A DNA stretch of 60,181 nt, filler included, from Sphacelaria rigidula (lineage: Eukaryota): assembly GCA_964200075.2 (NCBI GenBank). It is 10 parts of 10 records of this genome, joined end to end, with 100 filler letters (N's around TTAATTAATTAA, not from the genome) between each part and the next. Parts side by side here need not be neighbours in the genome. Positions count along the whole stretch, not along the records: positions 1 to 5,929 come from CAXNAA020023418.1; positions 6,030 to 11,957 come from CAXNAA020023419.1; 8 more parts are not named here. The stretch is one strand, 5' to 3'. Positions 1-12,057 of this stretch are shown here, piece after piece (positions within the stretch are counted from its first letter, which is position 1; each line of letters begins with the position of its first letter). The notes beneath the pieces were generated by a model. It was not told the DNA's origin and ran no database searches. It was given only the letters and a program-made list of their open reading frames with translations. The translations under genes were made by a program, and so were the position numbers.

Positions 1-1554
1 CTTTCGGGCAATCAGGCAGAAGAAATCGTGAATTTGGTGATTTTGAGTCGTGATGATTTGTCCTAACCGTGGAAACTTATGTGCGCCATATCTCGGGGTA
101 GATAACGAATGAGGTGAAGGTGAGGGTATCAGTCGTCTCACCTTGCTCCAGAGAATGTCCACACCGAAATTCGTTGCCATCCCCGCTCAATGCATCGATC
201 GGGGGTTCCATAGAGATTTCAGTATGGGCGCTATCTCCCTTAGGTATAGGAATTACTAGACATGGGGTTTAATCAACGAGAAAATATGGACCCCAAAATT
301 TTGAGCAGATGGGCACCTTCCCCTTGATTAGGCGATTGATACGATATGCCGATCACGGCCCAACTCGTCTGTGTTGATGAAATATTGCTTTTCGAGCTTA
401 AATCCGTTTGAAGGCTGGCCCAGCTCGTACTTGTATTATTGTGACGGGGATCCGTACGATCTAGATTTTGTAGTACCGTATCGACGACATATTATCTTCG
501 TACGTCACGGGATTCACTCAGTGAGGTTGAGTACATAGAGCTCGAGATGGGCATATACCCCTTGATGATTACTAGTAGATGATCATACTGTAGTTAGATG
601 CGTGTACAGTATGCGTGCAGATCAAAGCCCAATTCGTCTGCGTCGATAAGAAATAGCTGTGAAGTTTTAGGCTGGCCCAGCTTGTACAGAATCAGCTGTC
701 CTCTGCGGGTGCTCGAAGGTTTGTATTCGTTCAACCTTTGCAATGATTTATGTGGAGTAGACGTCAGCGGCACAACATTCGCTCAATAGTACGTATTACA
801 GACTACAGTACCGTCACCGCTTGGATCGTTACTCTCGCTCCCTCGATCTGCAGACATTTCTCAGTTGTGACTCGGCCCCTGTGCGATTTAGGTACCTCTC
901 AAAGTACTTTTACCGACTCCCGCACCACGTACTGTACCGCTCTGCCCGCACAGTCACCCCAGTGAAGTAGCCCAACAGACAGACGGTCAAGACAGTAGAG
1001 TACAGAGAGTACAAACGTGCGAGTGCGGCCGGTTACCAGTCTCGGATGACCGCACTATTGTGCGATCCCACACATCGTGGGATCCTGCACTATTATGAGA
1101 CCCCGCACTATCATCAGACGTTGCAACGTAGTGGGACCCCGCACTGTAGAGGAATCACACGAAAAGTTAATATTACTTTTGTTTCATTATGGCACATACT
1201 GACCGTTATGCACAGCGATCAATCGACGGTTGGCGAGGAAAGATGACGTTTTGAACCTTTTTTTTTTCCAAGGTTCTTCTCTTGGTTCAACCCTGAAATA
1301 AGTCAGTTTTTGTATTGGCGTGGGTTGGTTCTGTCGTATATGAAGTCGGAACCGAAGAAAGAGGTGACGTGTCGACGTATATCGGCCTGATAAAATTCTT
1401 GAGCTTTTTTTTTTCAGATGGAAAAAAAAAATGTTTTCTGGCCTGTTGTAGCGCCCACCACTCATTGCAGCCAGCCCCAGGCCTGACGCGTATGTAACTC
1501 CCCCCCAAAGCTGTAATCATCTCAGCCTCCAGAGTTATCGGACGAAATCGCAAC

Positions 1555-2220
1555 ATGAGATCTGCCGATATTGGGCTTGTGCTCGGCGGTGCTGAGATGA
1601 CTTCGCAAAGCACGCCATCAGGCGAGTTGCTTAGAAAAAGCCAGCACCCCCGCATCTACCAGGAGGGCGTCTCAAACCTGCACGAGCTGGCTTTAGCACC
1701 ATCGTCGTGCTGTTCTTCCGGGTCAACTGAAAGCCGAAACAACGGGGTTTACCTCTCAGGGTTCCGCATAGTGCAGGATGCGATACTCACGAGGCACTGC
1801 GAATACAGACTGGTGCTGGCCTGCAGCCATCGCTACGAACGATGGTTTAGGTTTTCTCAGCTGAAATCGTTGGCACATTTACCGATGACGGAGGCAACTC
1901 GCCAAGCCTGGGAAGCTGTGCGCGCGTGCAAACCTCCGCCGGGAGGGCGCGCCCTCTGCCCGAAGCACTTGAGTCGCAAGTGTCTGGCCATCGAAAGGTT
2001 CCTTTGTCTCTTATTCGAGGACCTTCCCGTGGAGTCATGGAGACTTCTAATGGTGAGCCATGGAGGAATGGTCTCGCCGGCAGGTATGCCAAAAAGCAAG
2101 AGAAGCAAGCATAATCGGCTCTATGAGAACAGGGCGGTTGCGCTCAGGCGCGGAGCATTTTTGGCACCCACCTTGGAGAGGCCGGCGAGGACTGCAGGAT
2201 CTCAGCTCAGGATGCGGTGA
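1555..2220 (+). CDS. Single-exon ORF (221 aa) with a PX-domain-like core
   Basis: Segment SGFRIVQD...HCEYRLVL...RWFRFSQLKSL...KPPP...HLSRKCLAIERFLCLL follows the PX pattern (beta strands, RF/RYS-like motif, Pro loop, R..L..FL helix). Recognised by eye. Start could be 1555 or 1597. Confidence 0.5.
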   Translation: MRSADIGLVLGGAEMTSQSTPSGELLRKSQHPRIYQEGVSNLHELALAPSSCCSSGSTESRNNGVYLSGFRIVQDAILTRHCEYRLVLACSHRYERWFRFSQLKSLAHLPMTEATRQAWEAVRACKPPPGGRALCPKHLSRKCLAIERFLCLLFEDLPVESWRLLMVSHGGMVSPAGMPKSKRSKHNRLYENRAVALRRGAFLAPTLERPARTAGSQLRMR

Positions 2221-5200
2221 ATTTAGACAGTGGGTTTGTCGGTGTGTCCAACGGTACCGGGTACTTCCGTTTACTTGTTTGTTTCTATGTTCGTCCATAT
2301 GTGTACACAAACAGTGCTTGTAGTGAGAGGTATTTCGGGGGGTGGCGGCCGTTACGGACAGTTCATCTCGAGTCTGTTTCGCAGAAATCTCCTCAGTCAA
2401 CCCCGAGACCGCGAACGTAGTTCATCTGGACCATGAATACTTTTTTCAAGTGAAATTGATGCCGATTCAACAGATGACCTGCTCTCGCGGTCCAAGGGTT
2501 AACTTGTCAAATCTGTTAGCGCCAGATTGTGGTGTGGGCCTCTTGTTTTGCTGTAGTGAACTGAATCCAAGCCCGAATGCCGATTGAAGAGGTGATCCGC
2601 TCCTCGCGGTGAAGAGGTCAAGATGAGATGGTGTAGCCCTGTGCAGCCGGCATGGTCCTTTCTTCCTGTTTGGCGGTTTGCATCTCTTTTTTCCGGCAGT
2701 GCGGTACTGTACACTGCAGGACAGTGCGGAATTCTCCACCGCCTTTTTTTTGTATGAAGGAGGACCAGGACGGACCACATATTTTGCGGCCTCTTTGCTG
2801 TCTCGTGATCGGCACCTCATCAGCGTGTAGTGGATACGGTAGAGTACAGTGAACCTGCTTTCGTGAACCCGGTAGAACTTGCCTGAGGACTTGAATGAGA
2901 GTGGTTGATACAAGCCCCGTCTAATTTCCCCCCTGTGCCCACTGTTCATGAAGCGTACTGGGCGTTGCTGTGAAGCGTTTGCATATTGCAATGAAGGCCA
3001 TCCGCGCCGGTTGTTGCCAGTTGTCGTGCGCACGTCGAAGGAATGCCTGCAAAATGAAGTGGACGCTAAATTTTTCAACATATGCTGTAGTGGTTACATG
3101 TTCTGGCCTGCACGCTTGCATTTTGCCGAAAACTATCGGCGCATTTTTCCAAACGGCATCGTACTATGGGTACTGTCGTTTGTCTGCAAGTTCTGGCCTT
3201 GGTGTTGTGGTTTTTATTTGCGTCGTTTATGTTGGTGCTATCCCCGGTTTGTGGAGTACGCAGTCCTGCGTGCTGCTGCGACACGGTGCATCTCCATACT
3301 GAGGAGACCAACACCATCGCACCGCTGTGTAGTGTTGCGCTTCGCCTTCACGCCTCCCCTTTCAAAATTTGATCGCGTTTGATCGTATTGTCGTTCTCGA
3401 TCGGATGAAATGAAATTGTTTCTTCCCTTCAGCGGTATACGGCTTATGTCGGAATTTGTTTCGGGTAGCTGAAAGGTAATATATATATATATATATGTTG
3501 CCTCCTTGTGTCTGGTGCCCATTTTGTTCTGTACCTCGCCATGTATCCTATCAAGCGTTACTCAGCGTGAGGAACATCCTATCGTTGAGGTTATCTACGT
3601 AACGGGAATTGGCGTTACCCAACACAGCACCAATACGGTGGAGTTGCAATGCCGGAATATACCCTATATTGCCTTAGACTTTTTTTTCGGATGAAAGGTG
3701 TGCGAGTTAGATCCACAATCAGTTGATGTTCAAAGCGTTTTCGCCTGGTTTATCAGTGCTCTGGTTGTGTCGTGCCGTGTAGTGTCGTTTGAGTGCCTGA
3801 AATTGGTATCATGTTTCGTGTTTCGCATTATAATTTTATTTGGGCATGAGGAATAGACAGGGTAGATTGCTATCAGGTTTTGGTGATGTGTGTGGGGGTG
3901 GTGCCGTGAGTTGTACGAAATCGGAAATTGTCAGAATCGTCATGTGGGACTTGAGCGAATCCGTTCGACCTGTTGTGAAGTGGAAATACCCGCGCGCAAT
4001 ACGATTTACCGCCTAGTATAGGAGTTAGACTCGTGGATCGATGAGGTGGGTTACAATGGGGGCAGCTTAGCCTTGGCGATGTGCTCATCAGGTGTTTTAT
4101 TAACTAGAGGAGGCGAAAAAGCACCATGGTGCTACGTAGACGAAGTAAGGGCGGATCGTAGGTGAGTGACAACGCCGATCCTAGGAATACAGTAGTGGTT
4201 TGTGTGGTGCGCCAGCGGCGCCAGGAAGATTATTCGTTTAGAAATTTGTCCTGCTAGTTTGTTTCATTTTTTTGTTTTTGGTGTTGGTGCTGCAGCTTGT
4301 GTTGGGCGCTGCATGGCAGTACGATCTATGATGTGAGCGTTAGGCCCGGGTTGAATCAAGCAGGATCTGGGAATAGCACTTGATATTTTTCTCCTTTTTT
4401 TATGTAAAGAATATTTATACAACAAAATATGTATTACCACATCTTTTCTTCAGCTTAGTATCTACGCCCGCCCACCGGCGTCGTTGAAACGTTTGACTCC
4501 CAACGCTCTTCGCTGCGAGGAGGTCGACTATCGCGTTCATGAGCTCAGCATTCCTGGGCGTGAACGTTGTCGGCGTTTTTCTTACAGCATCGGCCATAAT
4601 CTGTCCTTGTTGGCCACCTCGGTACTTTGAGGCACTGTCTCGTGCGTTGGCCAAGTCGAACCCCGTCGACGTAGACCTTGCCAACGAAGTCCATCGCTGT
4701 GATCGTTCGGCGGTCCACTCTTGGCTATTTTGCTTTGCTCATGCCGTTAAGGTCTGACGATCGGCAGACCCCGAAAGGGTACTTTTGCACTCTTCTTTTT
4801 CGGCATGTTCTCGTTCAGATATATTTGACTCGCCTTCTCGTGCGTCGGCGACGCCAAGCTGCTGGTTGGTGAACCCCGTCGCGGTTTGCCCCGCCGACGA
4901 GCTCCATCGCTTCGATCGCTCGACGGCCCACTCCAGCCATGTGCTTGGCTCATCCTTCTGTCAGCGTGTGACGTTGGAAGACACCAGAATGGTACACATT
5001 TTTTTAGCATTTTGATGCGCAGACTGACGTCGATCCTGCCCGCATTTTTTCATGTCGCCTGTGCACCCGTCGCACCCGATGCGACTTGCAGGTCAAAAGC
5101 GTCGCACCCCCGTGATACCGTCTTGAAATGATCAAAGTGCTGCTTTTTTTAGTTTACTGATTGATATACCGGGAATGTCCAGTTCGAGAGAGACATGTGG

Positions 5201-5307
5201 TATCACTTCACTGGGAAACGTTTTCTCGCCTTGTTTCAATGAGATATCACCCCCTCCCAAAACGTCCAAGTTTTCCGGAGAAGAATATGTATTTTTACCG
5301 AATCGTC

Positions 5308-5755
5308 AATAAGGCCGCTCGTTCTAGCAGACTAGAACATGAATCTGGAAAAGTGCCTTTTTGGAGCTTCTGAGTCATTTTACGCCCTGAAAGAGAGCTA
5401 GGCCGATTTTGACACCTTGTAATGCCTTGCCGCTAAACTCGCTGAGACGGTTCCAACACACCCGTGCGTTTTTCCGTTTCCACAATTTTTTTCTTGCCCA
5501 GACTTGCATCTTTCTCGGAGATGGCTCATTTTTCTTGGATTTGACCGATTTCCGAGAGAAATTCCAGTTTGGGCAGGAAAGAAACTGCGGCTAGGGGGAA
5601 AACGCATAGGAGTGCTGAAACCGTGTCAACGAGTATCACGAGTCTCTAAGGTGTCAAATTCCGCCCACCTCTCTTTAAGGCGCCAAACAACTTATAAGCT
5701 CGAAAAAGGCACTTTTCCAGATTTATATTTTTGTTTGCTACAAGGAGTGGCCTAT
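5308..5755. mobile_element. Foldback/MITE-like element, ~450-bp imperfect inverted repeat
   Basis: AATCTGGAAAAGTGCCTTTTTGGAGCTT...GACACCT (5342-5418) matches the reverse complement of 5650-5723. Pairing continues inward to about 5535. Ends are approximate and no TSD was resolved. Confidence 0.65.
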
Positions 5756-5929
5756 AAATGTAACAAAGTGAAGCAGTTTTTTTCGAAAGTGCCGAGTTGG
5801 ACTTCTTCCCTGCAGTTTTCGTATCCGTAAAGTGGGGAAAAATCGAGGGTCTGTCGGGAGAAAAAAATCCGACACAGCCCCCCCCCCCCCCCCTTGGTGA
5901 TCAGTACGCTTCGGGCCGAACAATCTTGG

Positions 5930-6029
5930 NNNNNNNNNNNNNNNNNNNNNNNNNNNNNNNNNNNNNNNNNNNNTTAATTAATTAANNNNNNNNNNNNNNN
6001 NNNNNNNNNNNNNNNNNNNNNNNNNNNNN
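5930..6029. other. Artificial scaffold-joining spacer N44-TTAATTAATTAA-N44 (first of nine)
   Basis: Identical spacers at 5930, 11958, 17986, 24014, 30042, 36070, 42098, 48126 and 54154, with an exact 6,028-nt period. The linker puts stops in all six frames. Confidence 0.97.
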
Positions 6030-6048
6030 GGGACAATATGTGTTCAAC

Positions 6049-6290
6049 CCAATAGTACCAATATATATATTGGGCGGGCAATATGTATGCAGTCCCACGA
6101 CATCAATATATATTGGGCGCGCAATACATGTGCAGTCTAAGGGTACCAATATATATTACACCACCAGCAATATATCGCAAAATTCGAATATGATCTACTA
6201 ACATACATTGGAAACATGTTGTATTGTCCAGGGTGTGAAAAAAATGCATCACCTAGTCCAGGGCTAGTCCAGGGCCGACTATTGTGTACA
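6049..6290. repeat. Short tandem/palindromic repeats (CCAATATATATTGG-type), probable transposon subterminal region
   Basis: Three CAATATATATT units, two followed by GGGCG.GCAATA..TG..TGCAGTC, plus a CTAGTCCAGGG duplication. Cut by the scaffold start. Confidence 0.4.
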
Positions 6291-8723
6291 CCACACACGT
6301 CAAATAGATAATAATCCAAGGCATGGGAACACATCACGGTATACTTCGAAACGCACGGACACACGCACATAAATAGTAGTGCCGAGCTGCCAACTGGTCG
6401 TCACTAGACAGCGCGGGTACTCTGTCGCAGGACAAGAACAACGAAAAAATAAAATAAAAATGTGTGGGACTCTCCCAAACCAAACCATCAGCCGAGCCCT
6501 GCCGCGCGTATATAAAAATAAACAACAGCCTCTCAAAGTATATATATATTTCAAGACATCAGAGCAATAAATAACACATCGCGTGAAGTAGAGACAAGAG
6601 GATAAAGTGACACGCAGGTTCTCACTGGCCACTTCATCCTTCCGTCAGCAAACAGTCAGCGGACGCCATTCCTCCCTCTGCTACAATACAAGTGCCCAAC
6701 ACGCAAAGGATAACACCGCATCACCGCAGCAACACCAGCCCACTGCCCACCAACGCAACATTTAAAACAACGCGACAAAAAGCGCCGCGAGCATTATGGG
6801 GAGATAGATACCTGAACACCGAGCCGCTGCTCAACACTCCTACATTTTGAAGATGATGGGAGTACTGTATACGCAATTTTGAAAGCAGGGAAAGGAGCGC
6901 CGTGGGAACTGACCCCACCGAAGACACGCACATGCACATACACACACTGTACTCCTTCATTCCATGTATCTGAGAGCATCATCCATCATCCCACAGCACT
7001 ACGGCCGAAACGACCAACGTCGGGCTGGGGATAGCATCACCGATTTTAAGCCGATTATGAACAAAAAAAGCAAACCCGCTGTCGGAAAAATAAACATTAT
7101 TGGTAACAATCGTCTCCTGTGGAGGATCAGCAGAATTGCGTTGACTTGCCGTAAAGATACAAACAAGGTGACGAATATCGCGACAGAGAAAATAATAATA
7201 ATAAACACTGTTTTCCGATTGGTAGGACACAAAGAGAAAGACCAAAAACGAAACGTGAGGAAAAATAAAGCTACCCCGCACCCCAAAACCGCGAACGACG
7301 TCATCCGACGACGAAGTATTTTTTGAAGCGTCTCAATGAATCATATTGCGCGTACTACACCGTATCCTTACCTTCATACAAACTCAGCCAACCCCCTCGA
7401 TGCCTGAAAACCTTCGACCCCCACCTCAACGGGGATAGACCGTGAACCTGTCCACGCCGAGTGGGCCATCATCCTTGGACAAACAGAAAAAAGGGTACAG
7501 TAGTGGGGTGTGCGGCGGTAGACTCAACGCCACACGCCAAGTACGCAGAGCGCGGGGATGCGCTTCGAAGATTCGTGTGTTCGGAACTCGCCCGGCGGTT
7601 ACATTGTCACTTCCCTCCTCCCACATTCCGCGTCGTCGCATCATCATTCAAGTTGAAATGTAATACGGAAACCCTCTTCTTGCGCAACTTTCACACGCAC
7701 GGCCTGAGTATCTGCTAGTGAGAAGGTGCCTACAGTACGGCACCCGGGCCTCATGACCTCCGTCCTACGAAGAGCGCGCTCCCACCACTGAATCCTCACA
7801 AACCAAAATCACTCCTCACACCGCACCGTATTGTACCATGCTGTGCTATAGCACTGCGTGCTCAAACGGTACCACGACGGATCGGCAATTCAGTGTACAG
7901 TACAACCAGTCGGTGGAAGAATACTCGGCTGGAACCAATCGATTGACGAATACGAGTCTGTTTAACTAGCGCTCGAGTCTGACTATAACAAGGATCGGAG
8001 GCTGCCTGTAAGCCTGTGAGCATGATAAGCCAGTCATCAAACCCCAGCAACAGAAACAGGGGTAGACAGAGGGCATAGTACGGTTCCGACATGCGGTGCG
8101 TGGTACGGAAGATGACAACAGGTCCACGAACTGCATCGAACACATCAACCGAAAAAGACGACACGCCAAATGTTCAACTTGATGTCATTCAACAAATAGC
8201 CGGTTACATTTTGTCAGGAAAACCTCAAAACGGTTGTGCGGTGCAAGGGTACCACTAGTTACAAAGGGAACTTATCCAAACCACCTCATCTACTGACGAA
8301 AAACCAGCTGCGGCACGCCAAGGGTTACCGACCAAACCGTCAACGCCACGAGACGCTACCGTTACACGCATCCCCAAGGATAAGTAAACAGTCTAATGTG
8401 ACGGATCATGATACATGACACCCAGGATACAGATAAGCTACACCCCTCAAAACCCATTGCACGAGTACTGCGCAAACCGTTTCTCCTACAACGTAGTATG
8501 TGCAACTATGATACGCCAAGCAAGCTACTGTAACTGTAACATAACAAAGCACCACACCGACGAGTACCGGCGAAAACCAGCTGTCTACTGTTGACGACAA
8601 TCGGCACATGAATCCCGCCCAGAATAAATCATAAGAACAAAATTTGTCACAGATATGGTAGGGCTCAGCAGAACCCAAACCTCTCGGGCGTCAGCTTCCC
8701 GCCGTCGTAGACTAATGACAGGT

Positions 8724-9139
8724 GATTGATTGATCGATCGATTGGTTGGTTGTCGCACTTTCACTGACGTCCCAGGGGTCCATCCGTGGTCTCATGGTAG
8801 ACGTACTCAAGAAAAACGAAATTCAAACACGCTCTGAGGAATAAAAAAAAGGAACAGAAAACAATAGGAACAGGGAAAGAAAAGAAAAGAAAGAAGACCG
8901 GAAAAATGCTGGACCCAACTGCTTCGGGGAAATAATACGCATAGATCGAAGGTTGAGGACCCCAGAATACACGGTATATGCTGCCATCAGGGGGTGGTGC
9001 CCGAAAACAGAAGCGAGCTCCTGAGCTAGGTAAACGTCGGGTTCACCGGCGTTGAAGGGTCTGCCGGTGATCCTGTTCCCAAAAGAGGTCAGGCACCCAA
9101 AATGGGTCTGATCCCTTGACCACCCGGAAGTATCCATCC
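8724..9139 (-). mobile_element. SINE-like / non-LTR 3'-end element with (CAAT/CAAC)n tail
   Basis: Reverse complement of 8724-8835 aligns with 38084-38193 (AGAGCGTGTTT...CATGAGACCACGG.TGGACCCCTGGG...AAGTGCGACAA plus tetranucleotide tail). The 5' limit is a guess. Confidence 0.55.
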
Positions 9140-9559
9140 ATCTATCGAATCGATATCACGTCACGTTCACCTGAAAAAGAACTTGACATACTCTGATTCT
9201 TCGTGTAACTGCGAGAGCTCGAATGTTCAAGCGCCGAGAACAGCAGCGGGAGGATCCGGTGGGTACTCCATTTGAAGGTGGTGCGCCGTTTCCCCGCTGT
9301 TGCCCGATGCGGGACCGCCCCACGCCCATACTATGCATTTCCACGGAGTGACCTCATGCCACCTGTGGACAAGGCCTGGCAAGTTTACTCGAAGGACCCC
9401 CAAGGCGGAATCTCCGAGCATCACCTGCACCAAGCAGAGAACAAAGCGAAACGAATGCTGCAAAACCCCGGTACGAAAACCAGGGCAAAAGTGACGAACA
9501 AGCAGCCCAGCAACTGTGATTCTACCTATTTTTTCGACATAACCCCCTCAATGTCTCAT

Positions 9560-9650
9560 AGGAGTAGAAACGGTGCTCCGTTTGCAAGGGATGCGTGGTC
9601 AATGTTCAAACGACCAAGACAAGCAACAAATGACTACCCCCCCGCCCGCC
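9560..9650 (+). repeat. Dispersed ~90-bp repeat ending in a C-run (copy 1 of 4)
   Basis: GAGTAGAAACGGTGCTCCGT...GGGATGCGTGGTCAATG.TCAAACGACCAAG.CAAGCAACAAATG..TACCCCCCC. Homologues at 18086, 41207 and 50746. Confidence 0.75.
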
Positions 9651-12057
9651 CGCCGCAGAACTCGTGAAACTCGTGGCACTAGGAATCCATGCAAGAACCC
9701 AAGCCGCGAATTACAAAAGACGACAAGTTCAAGCGTCGCCTGTCAAGTGTCGCCTGTCAAGAGTTGCACGAGACGAAATAGGACGACGACGAATAACCGT
9801 CATTGAGGGGAAGGAAAAATAAGAAAAAAGCGAGAGTTGATGCAAGGAAAGCCCTTGCAACAGACTTACAACAACAACAAGAAGGGAGGGTTAGAAGTTA
9901 CTCTCATGGGAAAATAAAGCAACCAACACACTCTGAAAAAGAAGAGAGGACAGCGCTACTACCACTACTATTGCTACTACCGTATGGGTTTCCCCAAGAA
10001 ACAACATTAGGTGGGTGGCCACGGAAAACTTGATCGAAAGATATTTTGAAAAAAACCCGAAACCTCTAGAGGAAAGGACGAAGGTGATCATTTGTGTGGC
10101 AAATAGCGCCGAGGGATGGAAGCAACAGCTCGAAAAGCTCAACCCCTGCCCATCACACACAGTGCACACTACCACGGCCATGGTACAATGTTTTGCCTCT
10201 CAACAGTGAGTAATGACGGAGCTGTGAAATGGACATCGATTTGGTTTGACACCCTACTCTGCAGAAGTTGGATGAAAACAAACACCGTTGGTGTACCCAT
10301 TCTCTACCTTGAATCCCAAGTATAGCAAAAATATACAACAAGCCGTTGATCCATTGATCGCCGCACATGAACGGATCCATCCGCGACCACAAGCAAACGT
10401 GGCCATATTTGACCATTTGGGCATCGCCTACTCAACCGTGAATGGAGGTGTTCGTTGCTCTGTGCGTTGCCTTCGTGACCTGCCTGCCTGATCCCTTTTG
10501 TGTTGTCAACATAGCTGCACACTGTCTGTGGTGTTGTTTTTTCAACACTTACTGTTATGGGGGTGAATGAAGGCCTTACCCACCAAAACTCCGTTGTCAA
10601 CAAAAACAAATACGAACGCGCAGGGATATTGAAGACGTATTGAAGACGTCTTTGACTGGTCGGACCTGTGCCGAACCTGTGCCGAACCTGTTCCAAACAG
10701 AACACGCGCTCCACCCGAAGTTACCTAGGATTAGTATGCGACAGCTGTAATGTTCTCATCGCATAGTTCTCGAGACAGGAAGCCAACCGGCCTGTGGCAC
10801 TTGGCAGCCCCCCGCGCACACACTGGATATTTTCAGTGCCGCGGCGGGTTTGCTCAATTCGCCACAGCGGATCCGAAACGCCCCCAGACGTCAAAGAGAG
10901 CGCGTTTTTTAGTACATTTTGGCGGTTTGCAAAATGCTGCGGGCTCCGCGGCACGCGTTACGGAAGCCGCCGCGGCGCTGAAACGTTCTGCTGGGTGGGA
11001 AGCACACGCATCAAACCGCAGTCCAATCCTCTGCCCAGTTGCCGAGATATCTGCGTTGAAAACTCGGGACTTACGGCTTCAGGAACAGCAGCGTTCATCG
11101 AGGTGAAAAAATGCGGAATTCTCAGAAGCACGGTGTTTCGAAACTCAAGAAAAAAACGGACTCGCGCGTAGCATGAACGAAAGAGAAGGGAAAAACCGGT
11201 CAAGATTTATCCTGTGCCTTGACAGCCGCGCGCAAGGTCAAGGCGGCGCCTCAACGCGTGGAGAGGGCTGAGAAAGAACTCAAGGCGGCCACCGAAAGGC
11301 TCAACGCGGTCATCGAAAAGTTTGACGCGTCTGTTTCATGTCAGAGTGTTGGGTGCAGCGCATAAGCCAAGCCGGTGCGCCCGATTTTTATTGCGGTCCT
11401 TTGGTCCTTCTACAGTAAGGAGCCAGCAATGATGTTTTCCGTAACTGACTGTGAATTTAATAACAATATGTGAACAACGCAACATGGGACAGGCTTTGTT
11501 TTGAAGGGTATGCGTTTGTATCTTCCGTCCTGCCATGTGGTGCTGATTTCTTGTATGCGCTTGTGTACAAGGGGCAGTTCATTCTCCCAACATAAAGTAA
11601 CACGAACCGTATAGTTTGTTCTGATCAAAATCGGCTGTGTTGTGTCTACGCTGTCGAGCACACAAGCCAGGGCCTCAAGCGCGGTCTTTTCTATGTTCGA
11701 TGCACTGCCTTTGATAGACCGAAGACAGCCATAACGTTTGCTGTTGCATTAATTATGAGACTGGACAGGCGGGATATTTGTGCATTGCCTCTGTACACCA
11801 ACGGCAATCGGAGAAAATGTGCTGTCACTACTGCCCGTGTACATTGATGACAAGCTACGTGCTGATTTCCCATGTGTGGCTGTGCAAAGCAACTTCGCGT
11901 TACAACAGCAAGTACCCGTCACCTCTCGAATTGCAGTGGGCGAGGTCACACATGAAANNNNNNNNNNNNNNNNNNNNNNNNNNNNNNNNNNNNNNNNNNN
12001 NTTAATTAATTAANNNNNNNNNNNNNNNNNNNNNNNNNNNNNNNNNNNNNNNNNNNN

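Noticed and set aside
2790..2850. Hammerhead ribozyme on the minus strand (CTGATGAGGTG...CACGAGAC)
   Set aside because: GAAA core reads GAGA and stem I cannot form. The similar near-miss at ~4751-4780 also lacks a valid stem II.
4415..4684. Protein-like minus-strand ORF (also 24887-25282, 26591-26913, 27078-27683, 35404-35754)
   Set aside because: No recognisable motifs or consistent splice structure. These could be TE remnants or chance ORFs.
5974..5985. Regularly spaced TTAATTAATTAA palindromes as a biological repeat array
   Set aside because: Always embedded in N44 blocks at an exact period, so they are an assembly linker.
7426..7480. Terminal exon DDGPLGVDRFTVYPR* on the minus strand with a UTR-like region downstream
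   Set aside because: The acceptor is plausible, but there is no recognisable protein and no confident upstream exon.
10950..11957. Decayed transposase or coiled-coil exon (ARKVKAAPQRVERAEKELKAATERLNAV; HIFSDCRWC on the minus strand)
   Set aside because: Fragments are short, stop-ridden and on opposite strands, and no family is recognisable.
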